A DNA stretch of 63,324 nucleotides, counting the filler, from Octopus bimaculoides (lineage: Eukaryota): NCBI RefSeq assembly GCF_001194135.2. It is 10 parts of 10 records of this genome, joined end to end, with 100 filler letters (N's around TTAATTAATTAA, not from the genome) between each part and the next. Parts side by side here need not be neighbours in the genome. Positions count along the whole stretch, not along the records: positions 14,877 to 30,059 come from NC_068987.1; positions 30,160 to 39,307 come from NC_068981.1; 8 more parts are not named here. One strand, given 5' to 3'. Below the pieces are notes generated by a model. It made no database searches and had not been told where the DNA came from. It saw only the letters and a program-made list of their open reading frames with translations. The translations under genes were made by a program, and so were the position numbers. Shown here piece by piece: positions 25,823-37,060 of this stretch; within the stretch, counting starts at the first letter, position 1, and each line of letters opens with the position of its first letter.

Positions 25823-27217
25823 ACCTGTGAAAGCAGTGATTAATGTAAGTAGCCGACATCTGGAAGACTCCGAAGAGTACTAAACAAAGGTCTCAACTTT
25901 GCGACAACCATCAAGCGCATTCCATACTTGGACATAATAGCCCCTATTGAAGAGATAGCGGTAAATACACCGAAAGCTCAGGGAGATGAACTAAGGTGGA
26001 AGGTGAGACAGGTACTGGAGAAAGCGAAACTTCCCAAAACCAAACATCACTAAGGAAGAAAAGTCCGCTATCAAAAGGCTACAAGGAGACAATTCCATCA
26101 TAGTTCTCCCAGCGGACAAGGGAAATGCTACAGTGGTGATGAACAAGTCTGACTACTCCGAAAAATTGGCAAGTCTTATAAGTGATGGTAGCTACAGTAG
26201 AGTAAAGAAAGACCCAACTCTGAAAACAGAGAGGAAGTTGTCACAGATCTTGATCAAGAACAAGGATCACTTCATACCAATGAAGTACAGACAGCTGACT
26301 CAACACTACAGTAAACTACCACACATGTACGGTCTCCCTGAGATTCACAAGGAAGGTATTCCACTATGACCTATAGTGATCTGTAGAGGTTCAGCATGTC
26401 ATCCACTGAGCCGCTTCTTGGTGGATATAATCAGTCCATTAGCAGGAAAGTCAACATCATACGTGAAGAATTCCACCCACTTCACAGAATTGATCAAGGA
26501 TACCCCCATTGAATCCGACCAGATTGTGAGCCTAGATGTGATAAGTCTATTCACCAAATTCCCAATTGGTGAAGCACTATCGGTGATTCAAGAAAAACTA
26601 GTGACAGACACCCATCTAAAAGAACGCACTAGTATACCAATAACAAACTTGATGGAAATGTTGACTTTCTGTGTAGAAACTACCTACTTCAGTATGGACA
26701 CTGATATATATCGACAAGAAGAGGGTTTAGCTATGGGTTCGCCATTATCACCGATAATAGCCAATATATACATGGAATACTTCGAGAATTTGGCTTTAGG
26801 ATCAACACCACTAAAACCAACCCTATGGCTGCGATACGTTGATGACACCTTTATTCTCTGGCCCCACCAACAAGATGTCCAAGTGCTGTTAGATCATGTG
26901 AACTCAATATATCCATCCATACAGTTCACCATGGAAAAGGAACAGAACAATCAGCTGGCATTCCTGGACGTATTAATAACACGCACCGAGTATGGATTCA
27001 GGACATCCGTATATCGCAAGCCAACCTTCAGTGGACGATACCTTAACTTCAATTCCCACCATCCATACAGTGTAAAGAGAGGAATTGCTCAGTGCCTAAA
27101 ACACCGCACAAAGAATATAAGTAGCGACCGTGATACCCACCACGAGGAAATGATCAAGCTCAGTAACAATCTATTAAGAAACAACTACCCCAAGAACATA
27201 CTATCTACTCCAATTAT
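25823..27217 (+). mobile_element. Penelope-like retroelement RT (YVDD; Penelope/Poseidon-like), 5'-truncated, runs into gap
   Basis: LNKGLNFA; PADKGNATVV; YGLPEIHKEGIPL*PIV; VSLDVISLFT; EGLAMGSPLSPIIANIYME; WLRYVDDTF; LAFLDVLI; VYRKPT; YLNFNSHHP. One stop and one frameshift. Confidence 0.93.
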
Positions 27218-27791
27218 NNNNNNNNNNNNNNNNNNNNNNNNNNNNNNNNNNNNNNNNNNNNNNNNNNNNNNNNNNNNNNNNNNNNNNNNNNNNNNNNNNN
27301 NNNNNNNNNNNNNNNNNNNNNNNNNNNNNNNNNNNNNNNNNNNNNNNNNNNNNNNNNNNNNNNNNNNNNNNNNNNNNNNNNNNNNNNNNNNNNNNNNNNN
27401 NNNNNNNNNNNNNNNNNNNNNNNNNNNNNNNNNNNNNNNNNNNNNNNNNNNNNNNNNNNNNNNNNNNNNNNNNNNNNNNNNNNNNNNNNNNNNNNNNNNN
27501 NNNNNNNNNNNNNNNNNNNNNNNNNNNNNNNNNNNNNNNNNNNNNNNNNNNNNNNNNNNNNNNNNNNNNNNNNNNNNNNNNNNNNNNNNNNNNNNNNNNN
27601 NNNNNNNNNNNNNNNNNNNNNNNNNNNNNNNNNNNNNNNNNNNNNNNNNNNNNNNNNNNNNNNNNNNNNNNNNNNNNNNNNNNNNNNNNNNNNNNNNNNN
27701 NNNNNNNNNNNNNNNNNNNNNNNNNNNNNNNNNNNNNNNNNNNNNNNNNNNNNNNNNNNNNNNNNNNNNNNNNNNNNNNNTAATTGCCCAC

Positions 27792-27866
27792 GGGCATATA
27801 GCGTAGTGGTTAAGAGCGCGGGCTACTAACCCTAAGGTTCCGAGTTCGATTCCCAGCAGCGACCTG
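27792..27866 (+). promoter_or_regulatory. tRNA-like Pol III internal promoter (SINE-type head)
   Basis: A box tagcgtagtgg (27799-27809) and B box gttcgattc (27844-27852) match consensus. Anticodon-like arm ggg-ctactaa-ccc. The acceptor stem cannot form, so this is not a tRNA gene. Confidence 0.75.
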
Positions 27867-27949
27867 ATTAATAATAGTAATAATAATAATAATAATATAA
27901 TAATAGTAACATCGTTAGGAATGAGAACCCATGTTCGAAATTTCCCCAA

Positions 27950-27995
27950 GACACCTGACGAAGGCTAGAGGGTATATCAGCCGAAACGTTGTGTT
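27950..27995 (+). ncRNA. Minimal type I hammerhead ribozyme (PLE-type, loopless stem III)
   Basis: GACAC-CTGACGA-A-GGCT(agagggtatatc)AGCC-GAAA-C-GTT-GTGTT: stem I gacac/gtgtt, core CUGANGA, stem II ggct/agcc, GAAAC, palindrome AACGTT, triplet GUU. Confidence 0.72.
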
Positions 27996-28174
27996 AACAA
28001 CAAACAAGATGAGGACAAATATCCGACAAATGTATATATACACACATATATATACACACATATATATGTGTGTGTGTGTGTGTCTGCGTGTGCGTGTATG
28101 TGTGTATGTATATTTGTATACACATACATGCACAAACACCCATATATATAGATATACCCACATACATATAATAA

Positions 28175-28207
<33 letters not shown>

Positions 28208-28459
28208 GTGTGTATGTACATATGGATGTATATCAATAATAGCATAGTATTCACAGAGATGTTCAGATAGCAAAAATGCGATAGCTGCAGGCGTCAATAC
28301 TTCGGTATAATGATTTTGCTTAAATTGCCTCACGAAAGAGTTTTATTCATTACACCTTCGGTAGGACTCCTGAGAAACAGAGCTATGAGTAATATAATCT
28401 AGTTAGGCTAAGTGATTTTCAGATAATTAACTTCATTCTGGGGTTTATTGTACATAAAC

Positions 28460-29200
28460 TTCTCAGTATACGACTACTGAACTCCTGGGAACAGTTGACT
28501 GTACTTAATCTTATTTAAAGCTACATCCGGTGACATAGCTATATCAGATCGCAGATTCCGTTTTAAGAATCTGTTTGAACAGGGCAAAAAAAAAATATTG
28601 GTTTTTTTTTTTTCAGTTCGTAATGAAGAAAATTGTAATATCGAAAGGCATGTTAATATTATCCATAGCAAGACCTTATTTTCACTTTGCCTTGATATAT
28701 TATTTTGCTTTCGTTTGCAAAATTGCTGAGTATGGATTATTGTTTATTTTTGTCTTTATACAATGTCATGATGAAGATAGAGATGTACCCAAGAATGATG
28801 TCTTGTTGCACTCCGATTCTTAGTGCAAACTTGGAACACATGGTACTGTAATCACTACTATTTGGTATTTCAGAAAATCAGGCTATCTCATTATCATCCT
28901 TCCTGTTATACCGACATTTTCCAACCTGTGACATAGTTTTTTTGTTAAATGCTTTGCAAAAACCAATATGCACTCTGTGAACTTTTCGGTTAACAGTTCA
29001 GAACTGCGTTATGTTGCCGTAGGAGTTTTGTCAGGTAGTTTCTTCCGAGACGGAAACTGTGCTGGAGGCTGAAATGATTTTTGTTTGGCTTTGTAAAGAA
29101 GTTATTGTTGGCTTCATAAGAATTTATAAACTTTCGAGAGCCCTTAAAATATTTCTTTTTAGGAATAGTGGATCTCGAAGTACATAAAACTATAAGTGAA
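28460..29200 (-). mobile_element. Decayed CR1/L2/Jockey-type LINE reverse transcriptase fragment
   Basis: Minus-strand remnants in the expected order: QHSFRLGRTT (QHGFRxGRS), HIGFCKAFNK (YLDFxKAFD), GVQQDIILG (GVPQGSILG), SNFANESK (FADDTK), NINMPFD (NNMxFN). Confidence 0.62.
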
Positions 29201-29887
29201 CAACATACAATTCTTACGGGTGAGAATGAAGTTTCTGAAATAATTAGAGAAATTCGAAGGATTGCTTTGGTCTAATGGTAGAACGCCAGTCGTAACTTTC
29301 GAGTCCCACGGGCAGCCTTCAACTTCTCCTATACGAAAAAGGTTTTTCAGCCTAATATTTACAACTACTGCTTATAGCTTTATGTGCGTCGAGATTCACT
29401 ATTCCGTAAAAGAAAAGTTATTGCATTTTTGTATACAATTCTCAATTCTCTTCAGAACTCTTGAATGATATGCTGGAAGCGACAGGGTTTCTGTAGTTCC
29501 TTGTTTGCGTCCTATTTCTCCCTGTGTGTATCGGTATTAACGATATGATATAAGCGATACTGATATATACCTCCTTGTCTGCGTCCGATATCTCTCTGTA
29601 TGTATCGGTAGTATTACTTTTATGCAGCATTGTAGGAAGTTTTCCTGCGTCTAAATAGCTGTAGTAGAGTATTTTCAGGGAGTTAATAAGGCGGGTTTTA
29701 AAGGAATTTAAGAGGAGTGCTGACGTGCGTCCGGTTATAGAGCCGAATCAACATCAAGACAATTTACTTCTTTGGTTATTTCCTGTTTGTTAGAATTATA
29801 CGAGTTAGGTTGTTATGAGAAGCAGTTGACTGACAAAATACTTTCGATGTTATATGGAATATTTGCCGCATGTTACTAAGGCGTTAC

Positions 29888-30059
29888 TATAGGTGCGGAC
29901 GTGGCTGTATGGTAAGAAATTTCCTTCTCAACCACATAATTCCAGGTTCAGTTCTACTGCGTGGCACCTTGGGCAAGTGTCTTGTACTACAGCCTCATAC
30001 TGACCAAAACCTTGTGAGTGGATTTGGTAGAAGAAACTAAAAAGAAGCCCACCGTATAT
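29888..30059 (+). mobile_element. SINE family B head/body ending in (TA) at a gap
   Basis: gtggctgtatggtaagaa...ggcaccttgggcaagtgtc...gtggatttggtag. Confidence 0.82.
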
Positions 30060-30159
30060 NNNNNNNNNNNNNNNNNNNNNNNNNNNNNNNNNNNNNNNNN
30101 NNNTTAATTAATTAANNNNNNNNNNNNNNNNNNNNNNNNNNNNNNNNNNNNNNNNNNNN

Positions 30160-32612
30160 ACAAGGGTACTACATGAGCACCTGTATTGCTAAAAACAGAA
30201 GTCAAAATACTTCTATGCCACGGAAGAATCACAAAATTAATACAGGCATGATAGGAAAAAATTGTATATGCGTGTGGGGGGAGAGTCATTCTCTTTTAGT
30301 GCCTTATTATTTAACACACCGGTTCGATTTCCATTCATTCACCTATTCATTTTATCTAAAATTTTCGTTGCGTATTGCAACATTTTCACTAGTCGTTCAC
30401 TATTGAAAAGGTCGCAAGACGCAACGAAAACTTTAGAAAAAAATAAATAAATGAGTTGAAATCGAACTGGTATGTGACATATTGAGATACTTGACAATTA
30501 TGAATTTTTCTTTTCAGATTTGATCATTGCTTCTTCAAGTAGACATAGATGTGTGAAAAATCCTGATGGCTTCTGCTATGTCTGCGGTTTTTTCACACTC
30601 AATGGTCAAAGGCACAATATCACATTGTTTGTGAAACGGGCTTATAAAACCTAATTTGGAATTACCCTAGGCGAAGAACACAAAAAATGAGCTCCTCATG
30701 TTGTGTCATAACTGTGAGGAAATGCTTCGTGAATAGACAAAAGGAAGACAAAAGGGCGTGCCGTTTGGAGTGCTTATGGTTTTGCGAAAGCCCAGGGATC
30801 ACACAAGTGGCTGTTATTTTATGTATCGTCAACACAAAAGGCATGGGCAAAAACAAAAATAGGCGAAAAATGTCTTATTTTAATACTCCTTCAGCAATTA
30901 AGCCTATTATGCACTCTGAGACACTCCTGATTCCAGTTTACTTTAGGTTTACCTCTTCCAAAGACGAAGCTAGCGAACAAGAGTACGAGGATGATAACGA
31001 AGATCAAGACATTACTTCAGAATTCCAAGACCCCTTTTATGATACCGAAAAATCAACTCCTCAAACAAAACTGAATGAGTTAGTGCGTGATTTGAGACTC
31101 TCCAAGACTGCAGCTGAAGTTCTAGCATCCAGGCTGCAAGGAAAACATCTACTGCAAAAGTTTCTTATTTTCAAAAACGAGACCAGATTTTTTGTGTCAT
31201 TTTTTCAGAAGAGAAACACTTTGTTTACTGCCACGATATTCTTAGATTTCTCCAGGAATTAGGAATCCCCTCGTACAGTTCAACTGACTGGCGACCGTTT
31301 CTAGATAGTTCTACGTGCAACCTAAAGTGTGTTCTCATACACAATGGTAATGTTTATTGAGCTGTCCCATTTGGTCACTCAGTGCGTTTGCAAGAATAGA
31401 ATGACATAAAAATGGTTATTGACCAACTAAAATATGAGCACATTTGTGCATATTTGAAAATGGTCAATTTCCTCCTCAGCTAACAGAAAGATTTCACAAA
31501 GTATCCTTGCTATTTCTGTGGGACAGACGAGTTTGAGAGAAACACTGAATTCAGAAGTTTCCCATTCGTGAGACTCTGGAAGCAGACATGCCAAATATTG
31601 TGAATGATCCAATTCATCAAGCCCATATAAAACTGGGCTTGATGAAGCAATTCACTAAGGCATTGAATACGGATGGTGAATGTTTTCAACATAATCTCTG
31701 CATTTCCTAGTTTGTAATCTGAGATCAAAGCAAGCGTGTTAGACGGACCTCCGATTCGTACCCTTGTACGTGATGAAGAATTTGTCGGAAAGACGAATGA
31801 CACGGGAAGAGCAGCATGGCTGTCATTCGTAGCAGTCATAAAAACGTTTCTTGGAAACAGAAAGGCAGCTGACTACGAAATTCTTGTAAATAATATGCTG
31901 TCGGATTGCCATGGTCTTGAGTGTAACATGAGAATTAAACTCCATTTTCTGCATAGTCACCTCGATCAGTTCCCTGAAAACCTCGGAGATGTAAGTAATG
32001 AACAAGGAGAGCGTTTCCACCAAGACCTCAGGATCGTGGAAGAGCGTTATGAAGGACGATGGGACACAAGAATAATGGCAGACTACCGATGGAGCGTTAA
32101 ACGAGATTTCTTTGAGAAAACCTACAAACGCAAGAGCTCCAAGCGCAAATTCTTGTCTGAATAAGATCTATTTGTGTTTTATCTTCCATCTTAATCAGTG
32201 GCTCAATTATATACACTTATCATTTGTACATAATATATATTTTCAACTGAAAAGCAGATGGCGAAAAAAACTGGCACCTGATTTATTTATTTAAGCATCG
32301 AAACAAGAAATATTATTTTTATAGCTTAATTCTTATTGAAGCGTACTGACTCGTATATATGAATAAAGTTAGAATCTCAATGCATAGATATTTGTTCTTT
32401 TCTACGTAGTTTGAAGATAGTAAAACTAGAAAATTATCAGATGGATCACATCATACCGCAGGAAGTATTCGAAATTTATATAAAAAAAGACCTTAATTGC
32501 AAAAAATCTTGAGCTTACAGAGAAAACTAACTCCATATTTAAATTCAGCACACTCAAATTAGGTAATACCAATTGTTTCGTATCAATGCAACAAAAATTT
32601 TGTTTGCCAGTA
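30160..32612 (+). mobile_element. Chapaev-like (CMC superfamily) DNA transposon, decayed transposase ~30526-32164
   Basis: (M)ASSSRHRCVKNPDGFCYVCG; APHV; PRDH...CYF; KLNELVRDLRLSK; TKYPCY; HIKLGLMKQF; DGPPIR; LHFLHSHLDQFPENLG; EQGERFHQD; EGRWD...MADYRW. The right end aaaattttgtttgccagt resembles a CACTG-type TIR; the left end is probably in the gap. Acceptor-like ttttcttttcag at 30517. Confidence 0.75.
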
Positions 32613-33240
32613 TAGTCATGATCTTACTGAAAATATTTTTATATATTTGCTTTTGTACCAACTAACGGCAATCAGTTAAATAAAATATCTGTTGCTATAT
32701 TAGTATGTAAAATAAAGTGTTATGATTTGTCTTATGAAATTTCAAATACATGCATACCACAATTTAAGTCGTTTTTGTTTACGCCTTTTTTTTTTTTTTT
32801 ACTTTAGGTCGTTTTGTTTATGCTTTTAAAGAAATTAATGGAAAAAAACCCAACCGCAATCGATGTATCCGGCTTTACGCCGGTCTCAGCGAACTTTCAT
32901 AAAAGCATAAATATTTTTAAAGAAAACGCCTAAACAGTGATACTGAAGTGGAATGTCAAATAAAATACGTGTGAAAAATACACAAACAATTTATTAAAAC
33001 AGATATAAACGTATAGATTTTATAAAATGCTTTCTTTCTTTTTTACATGTTAATTCCTTTTTGAAATTGAATCGCATATTTTAGAAACAATTACGATATA
33101 AGTTGAGGTAGAGCTCCTTTAGAAACGCACTTCTCCAAGAAAGTGAAATGAAATTTTAAAAAGCTATGAAAATGGAAAATATATACAAAATAAATGATGT
33201 ATGCAAAAAATTAGAAAGATTCATCCATTTTTTTAATATT

Positions 33241-34190
33241 TTATCCTAAATAATAAAACAAACGGTAAATGGGCACTCGCGAATATAAACAAACATGTAG
33301 CCATACAAAATCTGCCAAAGATGTTAAATGTCTCTTATTGATTGTCTTAAAACTGGCAACATGGTTACGATAACGATTCTTAAATGAATCAGCCATCTGC
33401 CCAATGTAAACATAGGGCCATCCCCTTGTGCGCACGGTACACTTATATACAAGATTTGTACTTATACGGAGATTCATCAAAGGACATTTTGATTTTTCTC
33501 TGTATGAGCATTTATCGTATTTATTTGTATATAAGGCAGTCCTGACTCCATTTACCGGTGTTGTTACCGTGCTAGCTGTATCATAAGTTCATAAGTATTT
33601 CTACTACTACAAATTAGTCGTAGTTGGTGTTTATCAATGCGGTTTACATCTCCTTGGTTGGTATTTAGATGCAAATGTTCGCTAGATCCAGTAGGCGGGT
33701 TATTGAACCTTTGCCGCATTTTGCTATTGTTTATGCGATGCATAAGCTGCTCTAAATTAGCAGAGTTGGCGTAGGATACCTTCACAGTGTGTCGATTAAA
33801 AATAGCATGATACCGATTAGATTTAGGAAAACACCTGTCCAAAGCAGCAAAAAATTTTCCAGCGATCTTGGTTGAAACACGCAAACCGAAAATCGGGTTG
33901 AACCAGAGGACATCCTGATTCCTATATCTGTTGTTAGGCTTATTTGATTGAGTGTGTTGTACAGGATTGGAACAAGCAGTTGAATTATTATGTCACGTGT
34001 GTCTATGAGTTTTCTTTACTAGTTCATTGATATGACCAATTCTTTCTGACCTGTATTCTTTATCTGAGTGAGTTCTCAAACAGTAACGTTGTGGTGGTAT
34101 ACAATGTGCATCTAAGTTTGAGGAATTACCAGTGTTGCTTAAGCCTTCATCTTGTATATATTGAATTCTATCACGGTACTCAGCCCATTT
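33241..34190 (-). mobile_element. Penelope-like element fragment with GIY-YIG endonuclease; same family as 8553-10950
   Basis: WFNPIFGLRVSTKIAGKFF...FPKSNRYHAIFNRHTVKVSY; LVYKCTV...YVYIG...FKNRYRNHVASF...LADFVW. 34020-34180 aligns by eye with 9275-9440. Confidence 0.88.
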
Positions 34191-34199
34191 CTCCTTAAG

Positions 34200-35250
34200 C
34201 TCTCAGAAGGAATGATAGTATCCAAGCCAGGTCTCCTGCATAGTTTTCAGCTTCCATCTTCTACTCCACTGACTGGGTTCGAGTCGGCATCCACCAGAAT
34301 GGTCAGGTTCCACAAAACTGAGTCGCTTTTGTCACGGATGTCTTTATCAGTGGTAAATAGGTGAAATTATGTCTTCTGAAGTTTACTTTAGTTCCTCCTA
34401 GACCAGATCTAGTTAGTACTGTTTTCGGTTGCTTCAGTCATTTTGTTTTAGAGCTTTGGTCCTCTTCTATCTAGAAATTGAAAGCCATTTCTTGTGATCA
34501 TAGACAGATTCCCTTACAACGCCTGCACCTGCTCTAACCTCTATTTTGACGACTTTGACTTAGAATCCGGATTCCTTTAAGCTACTAAATTGACTGGCAT
34601 AAATATCAATTTTGTGGACGTGGATCCGTCCATTCTACTTTCATATGGCACAATTAATTTCAGTGGCAATCATTTGTATTGTTGAATAGAAGTAGAGTAT
34701 TATGTTCTGCCTCATCCACTCTGGCTTTTGATTTCTGGGTATTTTTTCCTTTCTGGAAGATCTAATGTGTTCTAGTCATTCACTCAATGTTGCAGACGCT
34801 GCTTCCATGGTCCGATCTGCACAGTTGTTCAAGGTCGCAATTTTCCGCCACCTGCTGTGTAGGACACTGCTGGAGCTTCCAGTGGCGTGAACTTTTGGAG
34901 TTAGCTCTACATTGCAAGGGAGTAAGACATCTGATTTTCCTCATTTCAACAAGTTCGTGTTCGTAAGCAAACCAGAGAATGAAATTGATTTTAAGTCATT
35001 CTAGCTGAGCCTAATTTGGAGGGTTTGGGTGAACTTTACTCGTATATTGCTTTTGTTGGCATAGCTGAACCATCTTCTAGATTACTCTGGTATCCTCTTC
35101 TTTGGTTCCTATATTACCAGTGTCTCTGTTTTCATTTTAATTTTCGCCACTAATCCACTAAGCTCAATCCCTGCCAATTGGTTTGTGCGTATTTTGTTAT
35201 TTCTCTGATTTGAGGATTTCCTTTGCTACATCTACCGCCTCCTGGGCATT
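34200..35250 (-). mobile_element. Possible highly decayed AP-endonuclease domain of a LINE
   Basis: Faint ordered motifs on minus: NWQGL (NIxGL), acagagaca(c)tgg (TETW with one insertion), GDLN-like, KIDI (RIDY), VYDHK (SDH). Confidence 0.35.
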
Positions 35251-35366
35251 CCAGTTTCTGCTGATTTTCAGCTTGTTCTAGATTGATCTCACAACCCTGT
35301 CTTTCGAGACGGCAAGTATACTTACAGGACCTCGACGTTGAACTTTAGCAGTAAATTCAACTCTTG

Positions 35367-35382
35367 CTCTGTGTGTGTGTGT

Positions 35383-35451
<69 letters not shown>

Positions 35452-35472
35452 TGTGTGTGTGTGTGTGTGTGT
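35367..35472. repeat. (GT)n microsatellite
   Basis: Directly visible. Confidence 0.95.
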
Positions 35473-36232
35473 ACTTGTTAATTTCGGCCACTACCGTTTT
35501 CCGAGATCATATATCAATTCTAGAAAGTGCTAGTATCATGCACCAACAGAGATCATATCAGGTTTTAGATCATCATGACCTCGAGTAAGAAGAGTTTCTA
35601 TTTGCAAGTGAGGCCACATAATTTTAACGTCAGCAATTTACCTCCGCTACCTGCTTGACCGCAATAAGAAGTTTTCTTTTCTGTAAAGAGAAATTTGTTG
35701 ATTTCTTTGGTTTGAGGCTCGTCTTAGAGGATCTGAAGGTCTTACTTAATTCAGGGATTTTTTTGCATGTGTCATCCTCATTTGTGTCATTCATAGAAGT
35801 TCTTAGAAGGGTGACTTGGTATCCGCATACGTATATATACATTCATATGTGCGCGTGTGCATTCAGTTATGTATATATGGTGTGTATGTACTGACGTATG
35901 TGTCTGTGTGTGTCTATTTTTATAGAGATAGAAAACGATACGTCGGATTTGCGTCCTTCAGGCCTACAAAAACTTAAAGTATTAAGAAAAGAGGTGCTCT
36001 CGCCGAGTCATGCACACATTCAACCTAGACTAGTACGTATATGTATTTATATATATGAGTGTTTGTGAATGAATATCAAAGAGAGAGAAAGAGAGAGGGA
36101 GAGTTAGCGAGCGAGTGAGTGAGTGAATGAGTGAGTGAGTACATATATGACCTAACGCGCGTGTGAGAGTGTATACATATATATTATGTATATATGTGTG
36201 TATGTGTGTATGTGCCTATGTATGTATGTATG

Positions 36233-36264
<32 letters not shown>

Positions 36265-36319
36265 TGTATGTGTGTATGTATGTACGTATGTATGTATACA
36301 TGTATCTACCATGTATCTA

Positions 36320-36351
<32 letters not shown>

Positions 36352-36356
<5 letters not shown>

Positions 36357-36490
36357 CCCCCTTCGGTCATGACTGACCATGGGATTGCACCTGGAAAATT
36401 ACCCTCCTGGCACAAGTCGCCCATGCATACCAGCCTCCCCTCTCCGCTCCACCAGTGTCATCCAAGGGGTTACGGCAAAGGCCGATACAT
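36352..36490 (-). mobile_element. SINE family D, 3' part
   Basis: cccccttcggtcatg...cccatgcataccagcctcccc also occurs at ~42950 and ~52255. Confidence 0.75.
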
Positions 36491-36614
36491 ACATACATAC
36501 ATACATACATACATNNNNNNNNNNNNNNNNNNNNNNNNNNNNNNNNNNNNNNNNNNNNNNNNNNNNNNNNNNNNNNNNNNNNNNNNNNNNNNNNNNNNNN
36601 NNNNNNNNNNNNNN

Positions 36615-37060
36615 AGAAGGTTGCTAAAAATGCCAAACTTGTTATCTTCTGTTCGGTTTTCATGACTATCCTTATTTGTGGTCATGAATGTTGGCTAATG
36701 GCAGAAAGAGGAGGATTGCGAATACAAGCGGCCGAAATGGGGTTCCTTGAAGGAATCTCTGGAGTAATATTACTCGACAGGGTATGAAGCTCAGAGATCA
36801 AGGGATCTCTCCAGGTCGAGCCGCTTCTTCTTTGTATTGAGAGGTAACAGCTCTGGTACTATGGACATGCGATTAGAATGCCACAAGAAAGACTCACAAG
36901 ATAAATTCTTCCATGCGAGCCAACCAGCAGGAGAATTAGAGGTAGACCAAAAATGAGATGGTTGGATGATATCTCTAATCTCATTTGGGAATCCAACAGG
37001 AAAGTGTAAAAGCAGTTGCTTTTGATAGAAACTTTTAGAAGAGGTGCCTGAGGACTCTAC
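36615..37060 (+). mobile_element. RTE-clade (Expander/Rex3-like) LINE C-terminal fragment
   Basis: AKLVIFCSVFMTILICGHECW...RIQAAEMGFL...DRV*SSEI...VEPLLL.IER.QL..YGH..RMP...RGRPKMRWLD. Confidence 0.85.

Noticed and set aside
27792-27866. tRNA gene (apparent ACT anticodon)
   Set aside because: No acceptor stem pairing, an imperfect T stem and no downstream T-run terminator; this is a SINE-type head.
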